DNA of 63,593 nt, filler included, from Lenisia limosa (taxonomy: Eukaryota > Protista > Breviatea), in assembly GCA_001655205.1 (NCBI GenBank). It is 13 parts of 13 records of this genome, joined end to end, with 100 filler letters (N's around TTAATTAATTAA, not from the genome) between each part and the next. Parts side by side here need not be neighbours in the genome. Positions count along the whole stretch, not along the records: positions 17,448 to 30,197 come from LPNZ01010343.1; positions 30,298 to 37,649 come from LPNZ01007998.1; 11 more parts are not named here. One strand, 5' to 3'. The notes under the pieces were generated by a model. It saw nothing but the letters and a program-made list of their open reading frames with translations, did no database searches and had not been told where the DNA came from. Every line of letters begins with the position of its first letter. Positions within the stretch are counted from its first letter, which is position 1. A program made the position numbers and the translations under genes. Shown here in pieces: positions 25,001-37,200 of this stretch.

Positions 25001-28000
25001 GCTCAGCAGAATGGGTTATAATATGACGGCGTTGGCCAGATGAAGTAACATGGAACATCATAGTAACTAATAGAGGAAAACACTGACTTTATCGATAATG
25101 CGATAAATATCAATATTCGTTTGTGCAGCCCCAACATACATTCCAAAAGAGTCGTCTGTGCAGCCCCAACATACATTCCAAAAGAGTCGGTAGAATTTGA
25201 CAGTTCCTGCTTGGGCAAACGATTGCGAGGCAAAAGCAAACTCATCAATTTCGTAGCGAAGCCAATTCGACATTTCCATTGCCTGACACATTAATCAATA
25301 CATGACTCCAAAAGAAGTCCACGAAAAATCCTCAATGTTTTTGTGTCAAGTGAAGAGACCAGTTGGTACTCCCCATACGGTAATGTGGTCATCAAAGGAG
25401 TCTTCAAATGCTCCGATGTCGTTGAGGGACTGTGCAGTTAATTCAACCAGATGTCGTCAATTTCAGGCATATAGTTCAGAAGCCATTGAGCAGTAGTTCT
25501 ATGACAAGCAAGCATACTTTTGATCCGAAGTAGAGAGCAACCGCATAGAAGAAGAGACAAAAGAAGAGCAGTAGATCAACATAAATAATCCGAATGCTGC
25601 CCGCTTTGCGATAGCCTAGAATAATGTTAAGGCTGACTTGGATGAGGCATAGAAGCATAGAGAATTATTAGATTGGTTCCTTCACTCCTCATTCTCAGTC
25701 CCCACAAACTGGCACTTGAAACACTCGACGTATCACTCATTTTCCTGCAGGGTGCCATTCTAAGAGAGATCAATAACACCGTAACCATTGCCCTCAGTGT
25801 GAATATCATATACTATATATATGACCAGATATAACATAGTACTGAACTATACCCTCACGCACTTGGTTGAAGGGGCTCTTTCAGACACTCCACGCATGCT
25901 TTGCAACTCAATTCCGGAAGGATTTTCAGTGTCAATAACCAGGTCTCTTACTGGGGGTGCATCAGGGCCTAAAACATCAACTGTGTCCGTACCAAGTAAA
26001 CCCTGATAAATAGCTATTTACAATAGTCTATTACAGTTTTGATAAATAGCAATTTACAATAGGCTTATACAGATCTGCTTGAAATAAGTATCCTCAGAAC
26101 CTGAGCCTCACTTGAATTGTTCCAAGAATCGTTGACAATTTCAACCTCGTCATTCGCGCCGTTGTCTGCATCATAAGTCCAACCACGTAATAGTTAAAAT
26201 ATTTTCATTTATTGATTTGATAAATGAAAAGGCAAGCACTGCTTACTTTGGAAATCCATATCAATAGATGGTGGAGTGAACGGAGAGGGTTTGACCAACT
26301 CCTGCTCCCTTGTTGGCTCAGAATGCTCTTTAGAAAGTGGTGAAGGGACTAAGTCATGAGATCGCAAACGTAACTGCTGCTCACCAGCATGGTCTTCCTT
26401 CTCAGTGCTATTGGAAAGGGATGACTCGGACTGTAGATCACCAAGATCTTCTAAAATGATGAATACTAGTAGAGATAGCTCTACCTTGTGTTAGAACAGA
26501 GGGAGAAGCGTTTGGCGATGTGACAGGCCTGTCCAAAGGCCGTGCAATGACTGAGGGTACTGGGGTCTGCTGTGTGAGGTTGACTCAAAATGGGATGTGA
26601 CCAGGAGTGGGTTGTCAAAATGAAAATTCGCAGTATAATACTATTACAACAGGTATCTTCACATTGATATATAAATATCATATGAAATACTATGTAACAC
26701 ATATCGATATATATATATAGTACTATAATATTCATCTGGAACTTCCCATAAACAGGAATTGGGCTCACAGAATTTGAGAGAAAACAAAAATAAGAACCCA
26801 GCATATTCCTCTACACAAGCCTCACCGTGACACTGTTGCTTATTCCTCTACACAAGGCCCACCGTGACACTGTTGCTTCGGCTCACGCGGGGTGGCTTGT
26901 TGTCCGAAGAAACCAATGCGGATGCTCCAAAGACCTGAAATGTCATGACAAAAATCGAACAAAGTTGGAAGGCAGTATTGACGTCATCTTGATAGGAATC
27001 ATAAAAAAATGAAACAATGACTCAATTGTGGCTCTCATCGACCGTTTGGCTCACTTTGCCTGGAGATTGTCTGGAGGGGTCAAAAGAACAGAGCAATTCA
27101 GGGCATTTATGGATTCTTGGTATGAAATAGTTTTAAAAAGTGTACCTCAAGCTTTCATTTTTTTTTAAGTAAAGCAAAAAAAAATAAAGCAATTAGTTGT
27201 ACTAAAGTTCAAGAAAGGAGCTTACTGAACGTCATCTTTGAGGATGGGTGAGAGCTTTCTGACTCCGAGGGATGACAAACGTGACCCGTTTATCTTGGAG
27301 CTAGAAATCGAGCCTCCCTATATAATAAGCACAGGGGTCTTGTGTGTGTATTCACATTCCAAATGATATGATGTGTATCCCCCCCCCCTCTGCATTGGGA
27401 TTTGCTTTTCCTCTCAAAAAAGTCTGGTGAGATAATGTTCCAAAACCCCTTACCAATTCGCTTGGGATGTGTTCCACAAAGAACCTAGAGGAAAATTAAA
27501 AAGAACGACTCTTCAAACAAAAGAAGCCTCATACTTATCTTCGTCTTTGATGGGAATATTCGCCATTTTGAATGAGAGCACGTTCTTACGTTCTGAGAGT
27601 CAGCCAAATAAATAATTCAATACGACCCCCCTCCTCCCCAAAACCCACCAGTAATTGGCTCAACATCCGGTAGGTGTAGCGGCTCAATTCGTGCCTGATC
27701 GCTTTGCTAAATGGTCAAATAGGCCTAATAATACTTATTTGAAGCTGGCTTTTGAATCCGAAAAAGAGCAACTGTGGCAGATCCTCACGTGGATAATGGC
27801 AGCAGCAGTTGAAGGCGAAATGTGACTGAAGGTATTCATAACAACAACCCAATCTCTGACCGCCTAAGATATTAGTATGGAAATGAAAATGGTTGGGTTT
27901 ACCTCTCGAGTTGAGTTCCGAATTTTGAGAATGATGATGAAGACGATAAGAAGAAGGATGGCAGGCAGTCCAATTCCAACCATCAGCTCTGAACTGTCAA

Positions 28001-30197
28001 CAATATATGAGGTAAATTTGAAATATTACATATCGATATGTAATAATAATATCTGAAAATGAGAAGACTCATACCCATCATCATTTCATTAAAACAGCTA
28101 CTATATATCATATGTATATTACCCAGGCCAACGAGAATCAGAGACATAGCTTGAATTGGTATCGGCAAGGATAGCCAGGTGTGACCCCATGGTCTCGAAT
28201 ATGCCACCAAAACAATTCCAAATCAAAAGATTTTTCGCTGACAAGTCTAAAGCATCAGAATCCTCTACCAACCATAGAACCAAATGAAAGTGTGGGGAGA
28301 GGAATGGGTTGCACAGTAAATGCAAAGTTCGAACCTGCGTTGACGGCAGTTGGACACTCGACACCCACGCAGTTCGCCTCATCTTCAGATAAGGAATACA
28401 TGCGGGTGGCGGAGGTTGTGACGTGGACACCCTTAAAGGTGATGTACATCGTTAATAAAAAGGGGTGAAGTAAATGGGGTGAAACTCTCCCTTTGCTATA
28501 TTTGCCAGCAATTTAGCTTACTGCATCATAGAGGTCCGTGACCTCAATTGGGTAGTTCTTCAGGTTGATGGTAGGGTAGTGATTCAGACGCTCCACCTGA
28601 AGAGTGACACGGGTTTCATTGGATATTCTGCCCACCCGTGAGTTGTCGACAGGATTGATGTCACCATCTCCGAAGACAAGAGCATGGTGTAGCTCCTTGA
28701 ATTCCGCAGTGGCTAAAGTGGCCATGGTAAAAATATGTTCACGACAGGTTTTCAAAACTACAAGTACTATGGTCACTACCATGTCACCAACATTCTACAA
28801 GGTTCGCATTGATGGCACTGTACTCTGAATCAGTGCTGTTCTGAAGATGGAGCAGTCGAGATGTTTCCAGGCCAATATCGCCTATTAAAGTCCGACGTAA
28901 CCCAGCTGGAGGGTCATGGAGGATTCTGAGTCAAAGCAGGCATATTCACTCACCTCCGTTTGCTTCAAAAACAAGGTCGTTTTGTTTTGACAGCATGTAG
29001 TTGAGCACCAGTGTGGATAGAAGCAGGATGAAGAGGATACTTCCGAATCCAGTCCAAGTTTGGCACTGAACATCAAACACGATGCACAGTAAAACAGCAA
29101 AGGCGAATTATCAAACCTGAGCTATTGGCTTGTAAATATTCAGCCCAGCTTACACTTAACGAGCGAACAGGATTCCTCAATCGTCTGATTTCCCATCTGT
29201 CGTGATTGTCTTCTGAGACAAGAGAAGTGGCTTGGTCGTCTTCAACTAAAGACAATAAAGTTGCACGGGCAGCTTGAGACATTGCACATTGTGAAGACCT
29301 CATTGGTGAATGCCAATGTATTATCTGAAGCTTTACGGTAACGAAACATGCACTTGGTATGTGTGGGTTTGTTTGCCCACCCAATTCCTGGTAGCGAGAA
29401 TGAAGGTTACTTCCGCCACTTTTGACTTCTGAGAGAAACTTCACATATGCACTAAAAAGTGATTTCATATTTAAGTATGGATTCCACTCTGCACAATAGA
29501 CCCATCCCCACGTTAGAACCGTTTTTGACGACGGACAGTTAGCGAGAAGCTTGGTGAAGGACATATTGGCGGCGTTCTCACTGGCCTCAATCTAAGCAGT
29601 CATGATCAGTTAGAATCATGCTAGCCTTCTTCATCAAGCCCGCAGACATCGATAATGATTGGGGGGAGTGTGGCAAGGTCAACGTTTGGGCGTGAGACCC
29701 GGGTCCAGAAGTCCCTGATGTGACTGACGCAAATGGTATGGTGCCTTCTTGCGTCACGCAGCAGCTGATGGCGTAAATATCACATCAAAAGAGAACAATA
29801 TCTCAAGAGTCTGCATCCAAGGCAGCTCGTGCCAACCTTTCGGTACTCCGGCAAATTGGCCAAGTCGGCAAGCCCATCTCTCGCAGTGTGTAGTCTGAAT
29901 GGCATTCAGTAACTCAGATATATTTTGTGATGATATTTCTCCAAGCCCCGAGTTCATTTCACCTTTTGGAGATCAAATGACATGCTCGGCGGTAGAACAT
30001 AAAGCGAATGTCAAGAGGCCGACTCAATGTTGCTGCCTAAGAAGTCAGAAAGCTGGTTTAAAAAGAAGGCATGTTGAAGGATCCATGGCCGACTTTGGCG
30101 CTGAACTTTCTGGCAAGAACCGGCTCCTCCTGATAGTACGCAATGAAGTGGGCTGCCAGAGCAAGGAACAGCGGACAATACACTGCACCATCAAAAC
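17448..30197 (-). CDS. Probable single giant multi-pass membrane cyclase gene (both ends truncated): TmcB/C-like N-terminus, several TM segments and helical sensor-like domains, C-terminal cyclase
   Basis: Dozens of short minus-strand exons across the whole scaffold with no obligatory stop found; TM blocks at about 27900-27990, 22500-22760 and 20720-21140. Single-gene status is inferred. Confidence 0.55.
23978..24029. mobile_element. Family B element (partial)
   Basis: TATAGCAATGAGAAATAAAAATAAAGATGAATCTGGTCGAAGCCGTCCACACCAT. Confidence 0.75.
25122..25189. repeat. 35-bp tandem duplication of a splice donor junction
   Basis: TGTGCAGCCCCAACATACATTCCAAAAGAGTCG x2. Confidence 0.9.
26804..26878. 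repeat. 37-bp tandem duplication of a splice donor junction
   Basis: TATTCCTCTACACAAG..CACCGTGACACTGTTGCTT x2. Confidence 0.85.
29380..30197 (-). CDS. TmcB/TmcC-like helical (TPR-like) region
   Basis: Spliced RPLDIRFMFYRR, HHTICVSHIRDFWTRVSRPNVDLATLP and IEASENAANMSFTKLLANCPSSKTVL|TAYVKFLSEVK resemble, from memory, the FW..D...L / A...F..LL..P.S..VLR.YA.FL pattern of protist Tmc/PAS-cyclase proteins. Confidence 0.6.
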
Positions 30198-30297
30198 NNN
30201 NNNNNNNNNNNNNNNNNNNNNNNNNNNNNNNNNNNNNNNNNTTAATTAATTAANNNNNNNNNNNNNNNNNNNNNNNNNNNNNNNNNNNNNNNNNNNN
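30198..30297. other. Artificial scaffold spacer
   Basis: 44N-TTAATTAATTAA-44N. Confidence 0.97.
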
Positions 30298-31239
30298 ATT
30301 TTAACAAGATAATTCCCAACCATTAGTGGTCTTTGTGGTGATTCTAGAAACCAGGCTTTCAACATAATGCCGGGTTGCCTTGTCTGCCAGGAATCGACTG
30401 TCAGCTGGGGGAAGGGGTAAGGATAACGGAGAAAGACAATAGGGGCTCTGCTGGACTTCTCTTGAAAAAGACTGGAAAAATATCAGAGTTTCCGAGGATT
30501 TCTCGAGAAATTCCGTCTTTAGGGATAGTGCTGGAGATATGGGCTAAATCAAAAAGAAACATACATGTATATATATACCCAATGTATTAAGGGGTGCAAA
30601 GAGGCCATTGATAAGAAACAGGTTGCAAAAAAAATAAACAAAAAAACAAAGTTGCAGGAAATCCAAATATAATCAGGTGGGGTGCTTTTTTGTCGAAAGA
30701 GGCCCAGCAACAGGGGGTCGTCAATTCCAAAAAGGAGACGTGTCCCGAGAAAGGTGTGTTTATAATGGTGTTTTGATACTAGGCTGTCTAGCTTTATCAT
30801 TTTGTCAAATCAAGCAGACGCTATTAGTTTGGATGTTTGTTGTTTCAAACAAGGCCTTTATTCTTGAAATGGAGTGCTTTCCTGAGGTCTGGGTGTTTTT
30901 ATGTTAGCACATGACTATTGAGACTCTTCATTAAGCTTCCTCAAGCTCAGTTTCTCAGGTTCTTCTTGCACCTCAGCAGGATAGCCCCTCTCCTTGCTGC
31001 CCGCCTTGCAAATCTGACCCTCGCCCAAACAGCTCGAAGCTTCTTGGCTCTTCTCAGTCAGAGGGGTTCCAATTCTAAGGGCGACTCCGACAAGGAGTCC
31101 GACGAAATTTTCAAGGCACGCCAAGAACCCCGTTCTCCTCCAGCGGGTAGCAGGTTGCCGAAAACAGCTCGTCCTCAGCCGCAAAAACCTGCCTTAACCC
31201 CACGCTCGAGTGTTTCAAGTCCCCTCTGACGAACAAGAC

Positions 31240-34200
31240 AATGACCCGGTTGTTCGCCGATGTCGTCGCAATCCACGCGGCGGCGTTTGACCATGAGCTC
31301 GTGGCGATTTCCTCTATTGACATCCACGCTCTGTGCGACATGGAGCACCCTATTCCAGCGTCTTTTAGAATGAATAATATATTGAAGGACATGATAAAAG
31401 TAGTAAACTCATCTACTTTTCACCCTTGATATTTGGCTTCAGGTCCTGACGCCGTCAAAGCTGCTAAAGACCGTGGTATGGTGGTCCTTGAAATAAAATA
31501 AAAGTGGATACTGTACCACCTAGTTGAGATGAAAGTAACTGAGGATTTCTAAACTACAAATAGACAAAAGAGCATTTTGAAGCACTCCTTCCGTCGTCAA
31601 CAAATTTAAGCGAAGCTTTGACTCTTATTGGACTCCCTCCGGTTCACAGACCAAAAGAGCATTGACTAATCAATCACCAATTCCTCCACTATTCCTTCAT
31701 TGTTTCTACGAATAGAAAATTCCCGAGTCCTGGTTTAGGGGTCTCGGATGATGTCACTACCACTTTTCAATGCTGTTTTTAACAAACCGCAAAAGGACAA
31801 AAACACATTTAAATAAGGAGACTGGGAAAAGAGACATATTGTAAAAGAAGGGGGGGGGGGGNNNNNNNNNNNNNNNNNNNNNNNNNNNNNNNNNNNNNNN
31901 NNNNNNNNNNNNNNNNNNNNNNNNNNNNNNNNNNNNNNNNNNNNNNTTTTGATACAAACAGAGTGCTTACCTTTAGTTTCGAGTTGTTCCTCTACGTCTC
32001 TTTGGTCAGCCTTAGTTTGCGCCAAGACCTGAAAAAAAAAAGTTAAGGTTTTACTACACATCGTGATACCTTAATTTGGGCATCAAGACGATCCACGTGC
32101 TCGCCAAGGTGGCTTTCGTTCTTAATAACTGACAACTGAGGGGGGGGGGGGGGNNNNNNNNNNNNNNNNNNNNNNNNNNNNNNNNNNNNNNNNNNNNNNN
32201 NNNNNNNNNNNNNNNNNNNNNNNNNNNNNNNNNNNNNNNNNNNNNNNNNNNNNNNNNNNNNNNTAGTCTGGAAAATATACTTATATTGGGGGTTGAAAAA
32301 TAAAAACAGGCCAGTTGCTTCTGCATAATGGGAATGTTGTGATGTCTGGGGAGGGGTAAAAAATGGCCAAATTTTGATGAAAATTATTGGCGTAAAGGTT
32401 CTCGGTTCAAACAAATGGAATGTAAGTAGGGCTTCACTTCGTTTCGAAAAAGTCCGGCAAAAATATCAATAGTTTTCAAGGATATATCGAGAATCCAGTC
32501 TTTTTTTCGAACCGAAGTGAAGCCCTAAATACAAGTAAAGCATTACTACTCACTAGAGCTTCACTTTCGGTTCCAAAACACCTGTGAAACATCGATATTT
32601 ATCGAGAATTCAGTCTTTTTGGAAACGAAAGTGAAGCTGTACTTCCCACCTGTGTCTGGTTTTGGGCGATCCGTTCCTCCGAAGACTGCGAACGAGTGGC
32701 CAGCCCCCCAATTTCCACCTCGCAACGCCTCAGTAGTCTGTGGGGGAGGGAGTAAAACGAAGGAAATTTCGATAAAGAATATCGGCGTAAAGGTACTACT
32801 CACGAACCGAATAATCTGAAACTCCAAACAGGTTAAGTGGAAAACTTAGAGGGGGGGGGGTCAAGAAAAGATAAAAAAAATGGGGGAAACAAATACACAT
32901 CTCTGGTAGCATTTGGGTAACACACAAGGGTTAAATAAAAACCAAAAAAACAAAAAAGAGACTCAAACAACGCCCAGACCATTTGCTTCTTAAAAATGGA
33001 AAAATCATGAAACAAGCCCCCCCCCCCACTTTTCAACATCTTCTATCCTCTGCACATCGGCGCATTTTTGAATTCTGACAGACAAGTCGTGGACGGATGC
33101 GTCGTGGGCGGCTCGGCTGACAACCTCGGAGGGATCCATGATCGATTCCGGGCCCATCTGAGAGAGTACCCGGGTTTCTGGGAGGGGGGGTGAACCGAAG
33201 GAAATTTAGATGAAAGGGTACTAATCCAGAGTTAAATGGAAGCGATGAAAAACTCTCTGCTGGCTCGGTAGGAGAGTAAAATTGGATAATTTATGAAACA
33301 AACAAAGCCCAAATCAACTCTATTGACTGACAACACACACGGGTAATGATTACTGTTTTACTGGACATCGGACATGGACCAAGAGAAGCCCTAGTAATGA
33401 TGATTATATTAAGAGAAATTGTATTGTTGTTAATCGTTGATTATCCAGAATTCCGTCTTCCCTGGGAATAACACCCCTCTCTGAAAACACCCCCCCCCCC
33501 NNNNNNNNNNNNNNNNNNNNNNNNNNNNNNNNNNNNNNNNNNNNNNNNNNNNNNNNNNNNNNNNNNNNNNNNNNNNNNNNNNNNNNTTGCCGAAACCTCT
33601 AATATCTGGAGAGGTAAGATTAGAGTTTCACTTCGGTTTGAAAAAACCCGGTAAAATATCGATAGTTTCCGGGATTTGTCGAGAAATTTTCAGTCTTTTT
33701 TCGAACCGAAGTGAAGCCCTAGGTAAGGTAATGCAATATCCACCCCAAGTATGTATAGCTATATAGCAATGAGAAATAAAAAATAAAGTTGTATCTGGCC
33801 GAAGCCGTCCACACTATCACGCTTATAATAGATATTGGATTATAGTATAATATTAATTCACCCAATCATTTGCCTTACAACTCTGTGCACACAGCTTTAT
33901 GCGTGCCTCCCCAGCGATTCATGAATAAGGACAATAGCCCATGTTGTATAGATATCATATGATAATATGTACATAAACACACAAACCCATATCTATGAAT
34001 CATCTAATATCATATGATTATTATAATTTACCACTTACCTGGGATCTTAGGGAGTTTACAGCGCTTTCGTTCCCAGCCGCCTTGCCTCCCAATGTTACCA
34101 GCATTGGAGCGTGATCCGTGTCAACCTGGGGAGGGGGGGTAAATTGGAAATTTATGAAACATAAAAAGCCCAAAATCAACTTTGTTGGCTGACAACACAC

Positions 34201-37200
34201 GGTGGGGGAGTTGGAAAATTGGTGCATATCTAGCCGAAGATGTATATATATGTATGTTTATGACCATACTATAGTGCAGAACTGAATACTATACCAACCT
34301 TTCTTGCCAGTTTGACAAGTCCAGTGTGAATAGAGGCGGNNNNNNNNNNNNNNNNNNNNNNNNNNNNNNNNNNNNNNNNNNNNNNNNNNNNNNNNNNNNN
34401 NNNNNNNNNNNNNNNNNNNNNNNNNNNNNNNNNNNNNNNNNNNNNNNNNNNNNNNNNNNNNNNNNNNNNNNNNNNNNNNNNNNNNNNNNNNNNNNNNNNN
34501 NNNNNCAACACGGGAAAAAGAAGAAAATTTCGAGGAAGAATATTGGAGGATGTTGGAGTAAAATTAGAACAAGCCCAAATCAAGTGTTGGCTGACAAAAC
34601 ACTAGGGTTGATACCGATACCAACAAAACAAACGAAGGGCTTCACTTCGGTTCGAAAAAAGAAAGAATCCACGAAAACTATCGATATTTTACCGGCATTT
34701 TTGAACCGAAGTCAAGCCCTACACCGACCCTCACTCCCCTCTTTAACCATTAAATCAATACCCACCACCCCCCAAACTTAAATGAGATATTGGACTCCCG
34801 TGCCGCCTGGTACCCGTTAACCAGGGTGTCGATGTCTTTCTGGGGGGGGGGTGAGCAAGGGATATGTTGATGAATATTGGCGTTGAGTGGGGCTTCATTT
34901 CGGTTCGAAAAAAAGACTGATTTTCTTGATTGATCCTCAAAAACTATCGCTATTACCGGTCACGAACCGAAGAGAAGCCCTTGCGCTGAGGNNNNNNNNN
35001 NNNNNNNNNNNNNNNNNNNNNNNNNNNNNNNNNNNNNNNNNNNNNNNNNNNNNNNNNNNNNNNNNNNNNNNNNATTGACACATTTATGAAACACATTACC
35101 AAAAAAAAAAACAATTGCCCATATTTTCAAAAAGACTTGATCAAAAAAAAAAGACATCTTATATCATAAAAACACGACCATTGAGGGTATCAAAAAAAAG
35201 AAAATTAAGAGACAATAATACAAATAAGAGTAACAATAAATCCTTAAGAACACCCCTGTTTCAATCCATCTTGCAATCATCTTATCATCTCGATCCACTT
35301 TTGTTGATGTTCATATCATCATTCACATTCCTTTCTATTAGAGTACAGTGAGACTCTGTACTACTTCCACCCCCCCCCCCCCNNNNNNNNNNNNNNNNNN
35401 NNNNNNNNNNNNNNNNNNNNNNNNNNNNNNNNNNNNNNNNNNNNNNNNNNNNNNNNNNNNNNNNNNNNNNNNNNNNNNNNNNNNNNNNNNNNNNNNNNNN
35501 NNNNNNNNNNNNNNNNNNTGACAACAGGGGAGGGGGAGTAAAATTGGAAAATTTAAAACACAAAAAAGCCCAAAATCAACTCTGTTGGCTGATAACACAC
35601 GAGGGCGCCCCTCCACCAACATCCTCTATCAACGCCCCCACCTTTGCAACCAAGTCTCGGATGAAATGAAGATGGTCACTGGAAAGTTCAGTTGGTGCGC
35701 CTCCAGCTACTAGGATGAAAAAATAATACAAAAAAAAAAATGGAGAATTGTGGATATTTCGATGAATAATACTGGAGTCAAAAACGTGAGGTTTTATTCA
35801 GTCAAAAACTGTCTTATGTCACACAGGGAGGGATAATCACCCGTCACCTTATCATGTTTTTTATTATAAAATTTAGATTGCGACAACACACACCTTCGCG
35901 CACACATGCTTAAGGTCCACCAAGAAGTGTACGCGTACTATCCCAATTTACCACAGGACATGCCAAAAAGGGGGGCATCTTGTCCCGTCTATAACCGCGC
36001 AAAAAGACGCACAATTGTGCAGGTAAAAAATGAACTATCTAGCTATGTTGTATTTAATTGGTTGAATTTTTTATTATAAAATGTGAATGTGCAATACTCA
36101 TTTAATACGATTCCTGGAACTCCCAATTTGATTGTCGACGTGAGATATATAACGAGACGGTGCTCTTTGTTTGGTGAACATTTTGGTGGGAGAAAATGGG
36201 AAGTTTATGAAACAAAAAACCCAAACTCTGTTGACTAAGAGGGGGTCGGCAGGGTAAAATTGGAAGATTAATGAAACAAGATGGTGGGTGGTATGTTAAC
36301 TTGGAAATTTAGATGGAAAATACTGGAATAAAACAAAAAAAAAACATGAATCCCTCAAACCCTCTCAACCACCTCCCCCTACAAGATTCGGAAGTTGTAA
36401 GAGGTTGTACAATTCGGGCAACTTCATACTCCGCAAACTAAACATCATAAACAAACGGGGGTGATGATTTAAAAGCAGGTTGCGGTTGGAGAACCTGGCT
36501 CGGTCGAAGGACAAAGACTTAGGTTATTTAGATTTAGTCAATTAAGAAATAATTATTGAGATACGAAAACAACAATTATGATTGTCATAATGACAAATTT
36601 TATTGAAATTCTTGTAAAACGTAGAAAAAATATGACCTCAACGAAAGTTGTTTTTTCGGATATCTGCGAATATTCTACTGGTATGCTTCGAACCGAAGTG
36701 AAGCCCTATCAACTCCCCACCTTAGCCTCCAAGTTATCAACAATCGGTGCAATTCGGTCCGATGTCTCTGTGAGTTTGTCAACCTGAATGGTGATTGGTA
36801 TGTGTGTGTGCATATTATATGTGGTACTGACGAAATGGTACTCGTGGGGTTGGGTACTGGTTAATTGATAAGCGTGCATCTAATAATATGCAGATTAGAA
36901 AAACCAAAGGAGGCCTCATCACGCTTCCAGGAGATATTTGAGAATATAGTATAGCAATGAGAAATAAAAAAATATGGTTGTATCTGACCGAAGCCGTCCA
37001 CACCATCATGCTTCCAGGAGATATTGGAGTTTTGCATAAGACCCACCTTTCTATGGTNNNNNNNNNNNNNNNNNNNNNNNNNNNNNNNNNNNNNNNNNNN
37101 NNNNNNNNNNNNNNNNNNNNNNNAGAATTGTATGTAACAAATTCTGGATTCAAACTAATTAAACTCTCCTACGTCACAAAAAATGACAAAAATGATAAAT

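Noticed and set aside
25500-25530. Apparent 19-nt mini-intron
   Set aside because: A longer intron from an upstream GT donor (FGLF|ITTAQW) restores the frame without invoking a tiny intron.
28885-30197. Retroelement or LINE fragment suggested by a long intron-poor-looking ORF (29073-29564)
   Set aside because: It resolves into GT-AG exons of a TmcB/C-like protein, with no RT or endonuclease motifs.
30915-31400. Possible TGA read-through or alternative genetic code
   Set aside because: The well-supported genes (DODA, PABPN1, GLT1D1, cyclase) translate cleanly with the standard code. The TGA-containing frames here and at 39733 are antisense mirrors or unresolved splicing.
33762-33938. Family B as a multicopy C/D-box snoRNA
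   Set aside because: There is only a weak box C-like GTGATGG, no box D at a matching distance, and copies occur in both orientations within genes.
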